From the NCBI RefSeq assembly GCF_018350175.1, contig NC_058372.1:3782001-3846000 (forward strand): a stretch of 64,000 bases of DNA, read 5' to 3'. Shown in pieces: positions 25,326 to 38,214 of this stretch. The translations under genes were made by a program, and so were the position numbers. Within the stretch, counting starts at the first letter, position 1; every line of letters starts with the position of its first letter. This DNA comes from Felis catus (taxonomy: Eukaryota). The notes under the pieces are model-generated. The model had not been told where the DNA came from and searched no databases. It saw nothing but the letters and a program-made list of their open reading frames with translations.

Positions 25326-27379
25326 CTGGAGAAAAGGTGACAGGACAGCCCCGTGGGCCCCCAGGGGGACTGGGAGGTGCCGTAGCCCCTCTGAATCAAC
25401 GCCCAGCCCCTGCTGTGTCACGGCCCACCCCATGAGATGTGGAGTGTGATGCCTCTCCTCCCTCCGCAACAGGCCTGTCTGCTCTCCCTGTCCCGCCCCC
25501 CGCCCCCCCTCCCCGGCAGACTGCCACTCCTTCCGGCCCCCGGCCTCTGCCCCTCTTCTCACAATTCAGGCAATCGCCCCTGCAGCCCACAGGCTCCATA
25601 AGATCCCGACGTGTCTCTAGCCGGGGCAGCTGAGCCCAGGAGTTGATGCTCAGACTGAATCAGACCCAAGTCCAGAGGACTTTGCTGGTGGGTTTTTTCC
25701 ACACTACTCCCAGCTCGAAACCCTTCCCTGTTACTGAAACCAGCAAATGTTTGCTACCAGATGCTGGGAGGTCTGCTGCTGAACCACCCAGGGCACCTTT
25801 TCAGCACTAAGACACTTGCAAAGCAAATAGGGAAGAAGCCCCAGTAAGCCCAAGCCCTGTATCCAGCAGGTGAGTTTCCCCGACAGCTTCCTCAGTCCTG
25901 GAACGGGGGGTTCGGCGCTGGGGGCCCCTGCCTGCCCAGCATGAGAGGTGCTCAGCACAGACTTGCTGGATGAATGGGTGAGATGTGCCCTATTTTTATT
26001 CTTACGCCCAGCTGCCCACAGGACACCACCCGCGGGGATGACCAACTGGAATCTCAAGTCCAAAACCAGGCTCCGGATTTCTTCTGCCTTCACCGTCGCG
26101 GCCACGGCATCACCTGTCGCCTTACTCCTCGAGCCCATAAACATTTTAAAATAATTGCATAACAGAGTCGCCGTTGACGGTTCTCTTTCTCTCACCCAAC
26201 ACCCAGACCTCCCTCAGCACCTGCCTCCAGACTACATGTGGCCTGTGGCCCCTGCGTGCCCGCTACACCGATGTCCCTGCCCCTCCTGCAGCCCAGGGGT
26301 TCCCAGACTGGGAATGGTCTCTCAGCAGACAGGTTGCAGTGTCTGGAGATGTGTTTGGCCTCCGTCACTGGGAGGAGTGCCACTGACATCCAGTGGGTTA
26401 AGGATAGGCATGCTGTAAGCCCTCCCACAAAGCCCGCAAGGGTCCCCATGACAGAAAAGTGTCAGTAGCACCGGGGCCCCAACGCCTGCTCCAATTCAAC
26501 TTTCAGGGCCCACTCAGAGCTCCGAGTGGCCATGACCTTCGTTTCCTTCGGGTCCCCGCTGTCCCCTGGCCCCAGAGGGCCTGCCCTGGGTGTCTTCACA
26601 GCTCCTAGCACTCCCTGGTGCTCTGTGTCGTTTTGTTCATGACCATCCTCCCACTAGAATGCAAAATATCCGGGGGGGGGGGGGAGGGCAAGGATGGCTC
26701 CCACCTCCCCGCGGGCCTAGAACAGGGCAACACTCGCTTGGTACCCTCTTTAGACTTGTGAGCGATGAATATTTCTGTTCGACATCCAATTCATGATTCA
26801 GCCTCTGATGGGGCGTGACCTTGAACAGTCAGCCACAGAGACCCGGGTTCTGCCTCAAAAGCCCAGGGTAACATGGAACAAAATCACCCAGGAGCGGGTC
26901 CTGCCTCATCCTCCTCATGGATAAACCGTGGATACACGGACGAGGAACCGTCCGTGTTGTTCCCAGGCTTTTGTGCAAAGGCATATAAAGCGTCGCGGTC
27001 GACTGAGATTAGAAACCGTGCTGGTACTTCTTTTCCCACCAGAGAGGGGCTGCCTCAATTCTTTGTAACCTGGAGGGGGGGTGGGTGCGTATTTAACCCC
27101 AGGGCCGGTTTAACCGCCCCTAAAGTCACCCTAAGAATAGCTCCGACCTCCCCAATGCACCGTAGAGTCCAACCTAGACCACAGGACAGCGAGTTCATTA
27201 CTTAAACGTTAGGGGACATCACGCTGGCGTCCTTTAGTAAAGGCCAGTTAATTACACCGTACGGTTAACACCGCAGATCACCAACCTCCAGCGGCTGGAA
27301 ATGAGAACCGTGCCGCTCAGTCCAAAAGCCCGGAAATCACAGATAGGCTCTTCTTCCAGGGAAAAGCACAAGCGCCCAG

Positions 27380-28270
27380 AGTCACTAAGGCCCGGGCGGA
27401 TCTGGCTCGGGGCCTCCCCCCACCCGAGGCCGCAGGGGGGTGCGGGTGGGGGGCGCGGCCAGCCCAGCCCCCGGCTCGCCAGGTGGGGTGCGGTGGGGAC
27501 CCCGCCGGGCCGCGGCCTCCAGCCCTCCGCGGAGCCCCGCGCGGAAACAGCGGCCCGGTCCTGGGCGTCTCTCGGGAGAAGGACTTCCTGTTTGGGGACG
27601 GCCGGGGGACGAGACACGGCCAAAAGCGGAGCAGGAGCACCCAGACCCGAGTCCCAGGATCCTAGCTCGGCCTCAGTGAGAAACGCACAGATTTGTCTTC
27701 ACGGTCGGCGGGGGGGAGCGGGTGGCTCCGGGCGCCACCCTGGGGAGCTGGGACGGGGGAGGGGGGGTCACAGGTCCCCGACGAGGGGGGTCTCACCACC
27801 CCGCCCGCGCCCGGCGGCGGCGCCCCCTCCCGGGAGAGGCGGCGCTCGCGGCCCAGCCGTCCCTCCGCACTTAGCGACCCCGGCGGCGCTGCAAAGCGGG
27901 TTTGGATCTGGCGCCCCCGCCGCCCGGACTCACGCGGCGGCCGCGGGTGCGCAGCCCCGGTCCGCAGCAGGAACAGCAGGAACGGCAGGAACAGCAGGAG
28001 CAGCGCGCGCCGCGCTCGCGGGCCCATCTCCGCGCCGCGCCCGCGCGTCCCCCGGGCTCGGAGCGCGCGTCCCCGCGCCTCACCCGCCTCCGTGCGGCGG
28101 CCACGCGGCCATGGGCGGCGAGTCCCCGTGGGGCCGCTGCCGAGGCTGCGGGGACACCGGGCAAAACTTCCTGGCCAGCGCGATCCTTTTCCGGGCCTCT
28201 GGCACTTGAACTCCCTTGCGGCCCGGACCACGTGAAGGTCTCGGTGACCCCGCTGTCCCTCCGGTTTTCC
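27380..28270. promoter_or_regulatory. CpG island over HFE promoter and exon 1
   Basis: Very GC- and CpG-dense stretch; boundaries by eye. Confidence 0.85.
27934..28027 (-). CDS. HFE: HFE exon 1 coding part (signal peptide)
   Basis: gagATGG start, MGPRARRALLLLFLPFLLFLLRTGAAHPRPP, phase-1 GTGAGT donor. Confidence 0.93.
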
Positions 28271-28559
28271 GTCCTCTGGGGATGTTGCAGATGCTGGAAA
28301 CTTCGACAAGTTTCGGGTCTAAGTAGTTCCATTTCTCATCTGCAGTATTTAAATAGCCAGTGATTTAAGAATTCGGTGATACATTTTCAAAACTTTTATC
28401 GTCAGCTCAACTTGGGCGCATCCCGTTATTCCACTTAGCAAAACGACTGTCGTGTAAACCTTTCATTTCGTTCCTACATTAGAATTAATGACCTCATGAG
28501 GTTAGTAGATGAGAGACTCCACTGAAACGTCTTTCACAATTTCCATAGTTAAGCTAAAT

Positions 28560-28730
28560 TTCACAAACTTGGTGGCACGTTGGAATCACCTGGAAAATCA
28601 TTAAAACTATGGATGCCGTTTTTACCCTCAGGAACCGATTTAATTGGTGTGCGGTGGTTCCTGGGCGTCAGGATTTTAAAAGCGGCCACCCCCCAACACC
28701 CAACCCCCCCCAAAGTTTGGGAACTACTGC
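28560..28730. mobile_element. MER5-like hAT DNA transposon fossil
   Basis: ttggaatcacctgga...aagtttgggaactactgc. Confidence 0.6.
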
Positions 28731-28967
28731 TTTAGATATTTCAAAACACACTAACACACTTATTAATACATCCGATTTTCCTAAAGCCTTTATATACCTA
28801 ATAAATCCAAGAAGCAATGCTTTTTTAAGCATGGATGCAAACTTTGACCATCTAAGAAAAAAAAAAAAATCAAACTTGGAAGTTAGGGCCTGACTGTAGG
28901 GGGATAGGAAATGCAACTGGGAAAATGTTGGATTCTGGTGACGAGTACATTGGGGGGTGATGGTGAT

Positions 28968-31735
28968 CTTTTTTTTTTTTTTTTTTTTTTTGGCAACAGC
29001 TTTATTGTCAAGATTTAATTCACATCCTATACGATTCATCCACTTAAGGTGTAAAATTCAGTGGGTTTTTGTATTTTCACAAAGCCATGTAACCATTACC
29101 CCAGGTTTAGAACATATTTTCATCCTCTCTGCAAAGATACCTTGTGCCTTTTAGACATCACCCCCAAATCCCTCCATCCCCCCTCCCCCACGCCACCCCA
29201 GGCAATCACTGATCTACCCTCTGCTTCCAATAGATTTACCTGTTCTGAACATTTCGTACACATGGAAGCATACAATATGTGGTTCTTCACGACTGGCTTC
29301 TTTTATGTATTTATTTATGTATTCGTGTATGTATTTGTGTATTTATTTATTATTTTTTAAAAGTTTATTTATTTTGAGGGAGACAGAGACAGCATGAGTG
29401 GGGGAAGGGCCCAGAGAGAGGGGGAGAGAGAGAATCCCAAGCAGGCTCTGCCTTGGCAACGTGGAGTCCCACGCGGGGCTCGAACTCATGAAACTGAGCT
29501 CGTGACCTAAGCCAAAACCAAGAGACCGACGCTTCACTGACTGAGCCACCCAGGCGCCCCTGGCTTCTCTTATTTAACATAATGTTTTCGTGCACCTTTT
29601 TCATGGGGGAATAATATTCCATTACACCACATTTTATTTATCCATTCGTTGGTTGATGGAAACCTGAATTATTTTAGCTTTCTGTCTGTGAGGAATAATG
29701 CTGCTCTGAACATTCGTGTACCAGTGTTTGTGCGGACTTCTGTTTTCGTTTCTTTCGGGCAGACACCTAGGAGTGGAATTACTGGGTTATACGGTGACTC
29801 TGTGTTTAGTTAACCTTTTGGGGGAACTTCCAGACTGTTTTGCAAAGCGGCTACGAGACTTCACCCCCACCCCCCCACCCCCCCATCTGCAGGGAACGAG
29901 AGTCTGATTTGAGCACATCTTCTCCAGCACGGCTTCTCGTTCATCTTTCTAATTCTGGCTGTCCCGGTCCGTGAGAAGGGGTGCCCCATAGCGCTCCAGA
30001 TTTGCCTCTCCCTGATGGCTAGTGACAGCGAACGTCTCTTTTCACCTGCTTATCAGCCATCTGCAAACCTTTGGAAAAATGTCAATTTGGATCCTTTGCC
30101 ATTTTAGTTTATTTTATTTTTTAAGTTTATTTAGTTATTTTGAGAGCGAGCGAGCACACAAACAGGGGAGAGGGGCAAAAAGAGAGAAAGAGGGGAATCC
30201 CAAGCAGGCTCCGCAAGCATGGGAGCCCCGTCTGGGGCTCGAACCCACAAACCCGTGAGATCACGACCTGAGATGAAACCAAGAGGTGGATGCTCAACTG
30301 ACTGAGCCGCCCAGGTGCCTCTATCTATCCTTTGCCATTTCAAAATTTGCTTTTTAAAATTTAAAATCTGCTTTTTATTATTGGATTGCCAACGTCCTTC
30401 ACACATTCCAGCTATAAGTTCTATAGCAGACATATGATTTGGAGACATCCTTTCCAATTCAGTGTGTTGTCTTTTTACTTTTCTTGCTGGTGTGCCTTGA
30501 AGCACAGACACTACTCAGGTTGAGAAAGTGCAATTTATCTATTTTTCCTTTCGTGACTTGTGCTTTTCGTGTCCTATCTGAGACACCGCTGCCAAATCCA
30601 AGGTCCCAAAGATGTACACCTATGTTTTCTTCTGAGTGTTTGTAGTCTTAGTTCTTACGTTCTTGTCTTTGATCCATTTTGAGTTAATTTTTGGATATGG
30701 TATGAGGTAGAGGTCCAACTTCATTCTTTTTCATGTGTGTAAAGGTAAAAATCTGAGCTTTTCCTTCATATGCAGCTGTGTCTCCTGTGCTACTCACACA
30801 AAGCACTTCTGACCCTTCTCCTCACCGAATAGGTAGTTTTGCCCCCAAACAATAAGCAACTCTCTGTAACACCTGCTGGGTCTCTTACAATTAAACTCAG
30901 TTCGGACACATCTACCTAGAGATAGTGTCAGATCCCACAGAAAAGGGGCCCTGCCCCACAAAACTGTCTCCCATTCAGATGCCAGTCTCAAGCCCAAGTT
31001 ATCACCTGTGCTTCTGTCCAACGGGCTGTAAAGTTCCAGTGACCCCTTTGTCAGGTTCAGTTAATGGGCTAGAGTGGCTCACGGAATTCAGGGAAACACT
31101 TAGGTGTTTATTAAAGGATGTGATAAAGGGCACAGATGAACAGCCAGGTGAAGCAATGCATAAGGTGAGCTCTGGGAAGGTCCTGAGTATCGGAGCTTCT
31201 GTCCCCGTGGCGCTGGGCTGTGTCACCCTCCTGGTGTGGATGTGCCCACCAGCCTGGAGGCTCCCTCAAACCCATTCCATTGGGGTTGTATGGAGGCTCC
31301 TATTTTTATGGGGGCTTCAATTATCAACTCCATTTCCAGCCTTCCTTCCCTCTCTGGAGCATGGCGAGCAGGGTGGAGGGAGGGAGGGCAAGGTTGAACA
31401 TTCCAAGCTGCTATTCACGGCTTGGTCTTTCCGGTGACCCTCATCCAAGAGCCACCAGGAGCCCACCCAGAGTTGCCTCATCAGAACAAAAGATGCTCCT
31501 ATCACCCAGGAAATTACAGGCCCTTCAGGAGCCCTGTGTCAGGAATTACAGGGGAGGCCAATATACATTTTGCGTTATCTCCTACTGTGGATCTTCAATG
31601 GTCTCAGCACCACTTGTTGAAAAGACTGTTCTTTCTTCACTGATTTGCTTTGGCACCCCTTGTCAAACATCAACTGCCTAGAGATGTGAGGACTTATTTT
31701 TAGACTCTCAGCTCTATCCCACTGATCCGTATTCT
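28968..31735 (-). mobile_element. Old L1 3' region, interrupted by two Can-SINEs (about 29350-29560, 30115-30320) and an LTR
   Basis: Poly-T then typical antisense L1M text (cctaggagtggaattactggg; ccattttgagttaattttt; cagcaccacttgttgaaaagact). Confidence 0.8.
30739..31585. mobile_element. ERV solo LTR (MER21/MER4-like) inserted in L1
   Basis: L1 text breaks at catgtg and resumes at tgtggatc; internal ctagagtggctcacggaattcagggaaacactt motif. Confidence 0.65.
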
Positions 31736-32278
31736 GGAAAGTGCTTCTATCGAAATTAAGGATTTTTGGTCAGTGAAGGACACCACGTATAAAGTTAATA
31801 AAGAGCTGACAGAATGGCAGAAAATTATATATGATGTTGGAAACGGACCAAAGGATTAGTACTTATAATAGATAAAGAACGCCTCGAAGTCAAGAAGACC
31901 GAGACAGAAACCCCAAATCAGAAATGAGTGAAAAAAGGGAACAGGAAACTTATATATAGAAAATCCAAAGCACTTGGAAGAACGGGTAAGGAAAAGGGGT
32001 GTATCATTTTGTGCCTCTTAGAGCATTAATATGTTAGCAAGTTGAATACTGCCCAGTGTCTGCGTGGATATGCGAGTGCACAACGGGGCTTCAACTCCCT
32101 TCCGGGGCACGTTTCCTAAAGAATTTCTCAAATGTATTCCATAAAGGGACATGTCTGTGGGTGACCAGGAGGTGCAGGCAGACAGGGGACCCTTCACTGA
32201 GAGAGTAAAAATGGGCAACTTCCACATGGTATTGGAGGAAATCAAGGACATTAGTAAATTAAAAATACATGCAGTGTT

Positions 32279-32482
32279 GGGGCACCTGGGTGGCTCAGTC
32301 GGTTAAGCGTCCAACTTCGGCTCAGGTCATGATCTCGTGGTTCATGGGTTTGAGCCCCACATCGCGCTCTGTGCTGACAGCTCAGAGCCTGGAGCCTGCT
32401 TCGGATTCTGTGTCTCCCTCTCTCCCCCTCCCCCGCTCATATTCTGTCTCTCTCTTTCTCAAAAATAAATGTTTAAAAAAAT
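32279..32482 (+). mobile_element. Can-SINE
   Basis: TSD aaaaatacatgcagtg. Confidence 0.92.
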
Positions 32483-33547
32483 ACATGCAGTGCAACACAA
32501 GGACATTCTCCCCCTGAGGGACATTTGCAACTCAACATGCCCATTGAACTCATTAGAAAGACAGTCTGCAAAGGTGGAATAGGAGTGGGATATGGGGGCA
32601 GAAAGGAATACGTAAATAGATCAAACCCCCCCCCACACTCCTCCGTGTAGTTTTCTCTGGCAGATATAGGGGGTCCTGGTGGAGTAAAGGCCTTCTCACC
32701 CCACCTGCTGGATAGCAAAGGGCCAGGGATGAGCTCTCACTCCATGAAGGGACATCGGAGACAATAAATGCTGTCTGGTCTGGGGCTCCAGGGGCTGGCC
32801 ACGCAGGAGAGATTGATAGCGAACCCCACCATGCATCTTCTTACCTTTCCTACCTGATCAGAAGAGCTTTTTCCAAAGAACTCCTATTCCAGCCATGGCC
32901 CAAATGGCGTCTGAGCAGTGGTGTGGCAGAGTCTGATGACGGCTCTGAAGTGAGACGCAACGTTTGAGGTTCAATGGGCCTGAACTTGTGACTTCTTTTC
33001 CCACCTCACCAGGGTGCGAGATTCCGGGTCCTTTGTCCCAGCTGTCTGCTCAGGTGAATATGCCACCCCCCCCCCCGCCCCCCCAAGGCTACAAGCCGGG
33101 ACATCCTAGATCTTTACTCCACGTGCTAATGGTGGCCCCATTCCGGCCTCCGTGTTCAGTGTGGCGGGGGTATGTGGCTTCTTCTCCCCAGGGGACAGGC
33201 ACCTTCATCTAGCACTGACAGGTTCCATTCGTGCTGGGCAGGGACCCTCTGTGGTCTGAGTGCAGGCCTTCCTGATGCCTGAGCAAGCTCAGTATAGAAT
33301 CAAGAGGAAAGAACACAGGGCTGGGCGCCGTGACGCTGTTTCCTGCCCAGAGGTCCCATGGCTGGTTACATATACTGAAGGGGGTTCTGAGGAGCAGGGG
33401 TGGGATGAAGAATGGGCCCTCGCACTCTTTACCGAGATATTGGCTTACTCCACAAGACCCAGGCCACCACTTCCAGGCTGGCCTCCCCGCTTGGCTAGTG
33501 CTTCAGCCCCCGTCCTTCACGTCTCTGGAAACCCTTGTGGATGCCCG

Positions 33548-34345
33548 GTGTTATGGGTTGAAATGTGTCCCCCACTAAAATTGTTCAAGTCCGCCCCCCA
33601 CCCCCCGCCCCCCGTACCCGTGCATGTGACCTTATTTGAAAACAGACTTTTGTTTTTTGCAAATGATCCAGCTAAGATGAGGCCATTAGGACGGGGCCTA
33701 ATCCAATAGGACAGATTCTGCCCCAGAGAAGCTCACAGAGGGAGAGTGTGAATCTCCGAGGGCAGCTGGCGGGGCCTGGACCAGACTTTCTCTCGCGTTG
33801 CTCAGAAGGAATCAACCCCACCGACCCTTTCATTTCAGAACCAAACCCCAGAACAGCGATTTCAGACTGTCCAAGTCCTGCTTGTTACCCAAGGAGAGAA
33901 AAGGAAAATGAAATACAGTGTCCTTATAAAGCAGGGGAGAGGAGCCTGGGTGGTTCGGTGGGTTAAGCCTCTAACTCTTGATTTCCACTCAGGTCAGGGT
34001 CTCTTCATCAGTTCGAGCCTTGTGTCAGGCTGAGAGCCTGCTAAGGATTCTCTCTGTCTCTAAATAAATAAATAAATAAACAAACATTAAAAAAAAAAAC
34101 GGGGAATTTGGACAGAGACATCCGTGCATAGAGGGAAGAAGACGGTCCTCTACGAGTCACGGAATGCCTGAGGCTGCCAAAAGAGAGACCCAGGGTAGAT
34201 TCTCATTCTCAGCCCTCAGAAAGAACCAACCCTCTCATCACCTTGGGTCTAGACTTCTAGCCTCCAGAACGTGTGACAGGAAGTACACTTCTGCTGGGTA
34301 AGCCAGGCAGCGTGTGGTACTCTGTCCAGCAGCAAACTAATACAA
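33548..34345 (+). mobile_element. MaLR LTR (MLT1-like) containing a Can-SINE (about 33940-34100)
   Basis: tgttatgggttgaaatgtgtcccc...gcaaactaataca. Confidence 0.75.
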
Positions 34346-35979
34346 GCCAACACATTTATCCTACCTGGCTCAGGGCTTTACCCAGAGTAGATGCTCAAGA
34401 GGAAATTGGTTGAAACGAGAAACGATAGGAGATACAAGCCTGGGTAGGAGTGTTCCAGGAGACAAAGGGGAAGGAGCTGGGAGAATTGAACTTGGGGTAT
34501 TCAGATTCTCTCTCAAAGCCTTATTTTCAGTTTTGTGCCTCGGCCACGCGCCCTCTTGTCAGCTATGCCCGAGGCCTCCGCGTCCAGAGTCGTTCTGATT
34601 CCGTGCCACCTAAGGAAAACCCTCAGTCTCCTGTTGAGCCAGTGGTTGCCTGGCTATTAACATGGGGAGGTAATCCGGGCATCAAAATGCCTTTTCCACA
34701 GGGTTCTAGCAAGTCTGTTTCCAGTCTTGCTTGCAACCCTGACCTCAAAGGCACCTGGCGTGCCAAAGACTTAGATCTTTCTAGGGCACCATGTGAGGAA
34801 ATGTATTTGTTTCTTATTGTCCCCCCCCCCCCCCGGCACTGTACACAGCTTTCTCTGGTCCAACAAGGCATTTGTCCGCCTGCTCTCCAGATTTCCAAAT
34901 TCCATTTACAGCTTTCACGGATTATTTCATCTCCCATTCTCTTCATCTTTGAGGGCTTTGTAAAATCCTTTACCGGAAAAGGGGGGGGGGGTTTGGGGAA
35001 GAAGCAGAAACTGACATGCCCAGTCAGCACAGCTAACTGCAAGTTGGTTCCTATAAAAAAAAAAAAAAATGCAATGTACTAGTGACGGGAGAGAACCCTA
35101 TTCGCTAGGAACCACGTACGAACCTTCTTTAGACACGATCTCACTTCATTCTCAAAACCATCTTGCTATCTATCGAGAAGTTTATGGTCAGGTTGAAGAG
35201 ATATGCCCTGATACACTAACTAAGCAAATAGCAGCACCCTGGAATTCTGCTGTATCTGCAACCAGCAGGAGAAAGAGGTGAAGGTCCATTCCACAACTGG
35301 AGTGACAATTCCGTTTCTTCGCGCAAACCTCATCTAACCACGAGTCCAAAGACCTGGCTGCTTAATCCTGGCCTTTTACTCTGTTTACTGGTTACTTTTA
35401 CTCTGCTACGGAACCGCCTTACCGCAGCCTCTATGAACCTCGATCTGCTCATCTGTTAAATGGGGGTGATGATGTGTGCTCGTCAAACCATTCTTGATGT
35501 GAATGCTCTCTTCCCACTGTGAACAGATATAGACACCAGTAGAAGGTAACAATTACCCCGCAGATTAGGAATGGACTGTATGCGGTACATTTTGGTGGCG
35601 AGTGTCGCGAGAACTGATGACATAGCACAGTGGAAAGGGGTCTAGTGCAGCTGGGAAGAGTTTGAGGTCCACGTGGTGACTACTTCTGTTCCTTGTGATC
35701 CTTCAGCCCCTTTGGCAGCCCGAGAAACTTCGAGGGAAGAAATGTCCCCGATATTTAATATCTCCCAATGGAAACGGTCCATATATTAGTTTTCATTATG
35801 GATGAGAAAAGCGATAGAGCCTACGCTTGTTCACTTTGGTACCACCTGAGTTTTTGTAAACTTCTCTATTGGTTAATGACATTGCTTCTCTGAGGATGTC
35901 ACTTCCTACCAGGTAACAGGTCAGTATCCTCTCACAGATGGTCTATATTGTGGTTATCTCACTCTTAAAATAATAATCA

Positions 35980-36431
35980 TTTTTAAAAATTTTTTAATGT
36001 TTTATTTATTTTTGAGACAGGGAGAGACAGAGCATGAACAGGGGAGGGTCAGAGAGAGGGCGACACAGAATCCGAAACAGGCTCCAGGCTCTGAGCGGTC
36101 AGCACAGAGCCCGCTGCGGGGTTCGAACTCACGGACCGCGAGATCATGACCTGAGCCGAAGTCGGCTGCTTAACTGACTGAGCCACCCAGGCACCCCAAT
36201 AATAATCATTTAAAAAAATTTTTTTTTCAACGTTTATTTATTTTTGGGACAGAGAGAGACAAAGCATGAACGGGGGAGGGGCAGAGAGAGAGGGAGGCAC
36301 AGAATCGGAAACAGGCTCCAGGCTCTGAACCATCAGCCCAGAGCCTGACGCGGGGCTCGAACTCACTGTCCGCAAGATCGTGACCTGAGCTGAAGTCGGC
36401 CGCTTAACCGACTGAGCCACCCAGGCGCCCC
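35980..36431 (-). mobile_element. Two tandem Can-SINEs (about 35980-36197 and 36215-36431)
   Basis: Both full length; target sequence taataatcattt occurs three times. Confidence 0.9.
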
Positions 36432-37056
36432 AGTAATAATCATTTTTAAAAGATAAAGCATGTGCAGTCTCCCCAGGTCTCTGGGGTTCTTCTGCTTAAC
36501 ATGCTACTCACATTTGAGACACAGCTGACGTGGCTTCTGTCAGCCTGTTTTCACCCCATCGTTCGGGAAGCTGGGCTCAGTTCCTCTTGGGGCCTGTGCT
36601 CAGTGCTGGGCGGAGAGCCCTAACCCCCACGCCCCCCCCCCCTCCCCGCCCCTTCCCTTCCCACGCGTCTTCTTAATTCTAACCAGAGGCACCGCGACAG
36701 TAGTTGTCCGTCCGGATTTCTCCTGCTTAGTAATTATTGGACGAGTGAGTGAATCAAGCCACGTGGGTTTCTTGTCCAGGACAATGTATTTCTCTGTAGG
36801 AAGAGTGGTGACCAGAGAGGTCCCGGCCGCCAGCCCCTCGACTTGACTGCTCTGGGCCCTACTCCAGTCTCGCTGCTTCTCAGTACTGTCATCGTCACAC
36901 GTGAGTAATAATCACTTCTGTCCGGCCGAAGACAGTACAGGGATGAGGTTTAAAACCCTCTGGGTATTACAACGTCAACCCGAGGTGAATAAATGATGAC
37001 TTCGCCAGCAGGCAACCCGGGAGTCAAGCCCGCCCGCCGGGGGCCGTTTGGATCTG

Positions 37057-37090
37057 GAGCGCCATCTCGTGCCTAGTGGCGCAAACAGCA
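37057..37090 (-). promoter_or_regulatory. CTCF-like motif with upstream module, reverse orientation
   Basis: Minus strand TGCTGTTTG-N6-TAGGCACGAGATGGCGCTC. Confidence 0.5.
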
Positions 37091-38180
37091 TCCTGCCTCG
37101 GAAATGCCTTCGGGCAGGAAAGGGTCGAGGCCAAAGCAAACCTAGGTATTGTACTGTTGTCCTTGGACAATTCAGCTAGCCCTGGAAACTTCAAAGGTTA
37201 AACACATAACCTTTCTATTCAGTTCTTTATCGACAACTCTTTCTAATTACTGGTCAGCAATTGGGTGTTTTACAATTACTTAATGTTTTGCATTTCACAG
37301 ACGAGCAAACTAGGTGGCAGGAGGCTCTTCCTTTGGACCTTCATAAACCTACCCTTCAGTGCAGGACACTCTTGGGGGCTCTGTTTGAGGTGTGTGCGTT
37401 TCAGCCAAGGTGCCGGACTGATCTTAGGCACATTGCGAGGTCACAACCCCCTACACCACATACTGTTGAATACATCTGTTATTATTCTTCTTATGACTAC
37501 CCCCGTGGCCATAACTGATACACCTAACCAGAAATCTCATAATTTTGTTCCCGACTAAGCAGGAGAAGAGGCAATTTCCGTGTCCCCGTCTTTGCACAAT
37601 GCTGTGTTCGTTCGCCTTTCTCCTCTCTGCGATCATTGCACTTGGCAAATGAAAAGAAGTAACTGAGTACTTTAAAAGTTGCGCTTGTGAGATTCGATGT
37701 CTGGCCTCCTCTCCCAGGTAAAATCAACTGTTCCCCTTTTCAGGCCCTCTCTGACCCCTTTTTCACAAGTACGGTGATCCACTATTTCCTGGTTTCCCCT
37801 CCTCCCAACCCCACCATAAAGGGAGAGCCTGTCTTACTTACTTTCTTATTCTCCGAGCCCAGCACGGTGCTGGCCTTATCGAAGGTGCTGACGAATTCTT
37901 TGCGCAATGAATGAATTATCCAGCATGATTTTCTTACACCATTTAAACAAGAGCCCAAGTCACTCAATTTGTTCCTCTCATGTTCTTTCTGCCTGTGGAC
38001 CTCCTGCAGTGTTAAGGCTTCCCAAGGCCCCCGGATCGCCATCTGTCAAGCGGGGATAGCAATTTCTGTTCACCAAAAGAGACAGGGAACTGTTAAGTGT
38101 ATGATTAGACGTTAATACTTACATAAAGGCCTGGACGAATTGGAACATACCAGCCTCTAAAATAAGCGTTGGTTGGTTAC

Positions 38181-38214
38181 GAGCGCCACCTAGTGTCAAT
38201 CAAAACAAACAGCA
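38181..38214 (-). promoter_or_regulatory. CTCF-like motif with upstream module, reverse orientation
   Basis: Minus strand TGCTGTTTG-N6-TTGACACTAGGTGGCGCTC. Confidence 0.65.

Larger units (their letters stand above)
22479..28027 (-). other. HFE: HFE gene, start to stop span (MHC class I-like iron regulator; 1089-nt CDS, 362 aa with the upstream exon 3 acceptor)
   Basis: Six GT-AG coding exons of 94/264/300/276/114/41 nt join in frame; H63, S65 and C282 equivalents and NHS/NST/NIT sequons present. Confidence 0.97.

Noticed and set aside
27301-28363. Long ORFs over the HFE CpG island (302 aa at 27301-28209 and others)
   Set aside because: Low-complexity G/P/R/A translations expected in GC-rich DNA; no recognisable domain. 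A non-coding antisense transcript is not excluded.
34450-35082. 210-aa ORF upstream of HFE
   Set aside because: Non-ATG start, runs through homopolymers, no recognisable domain
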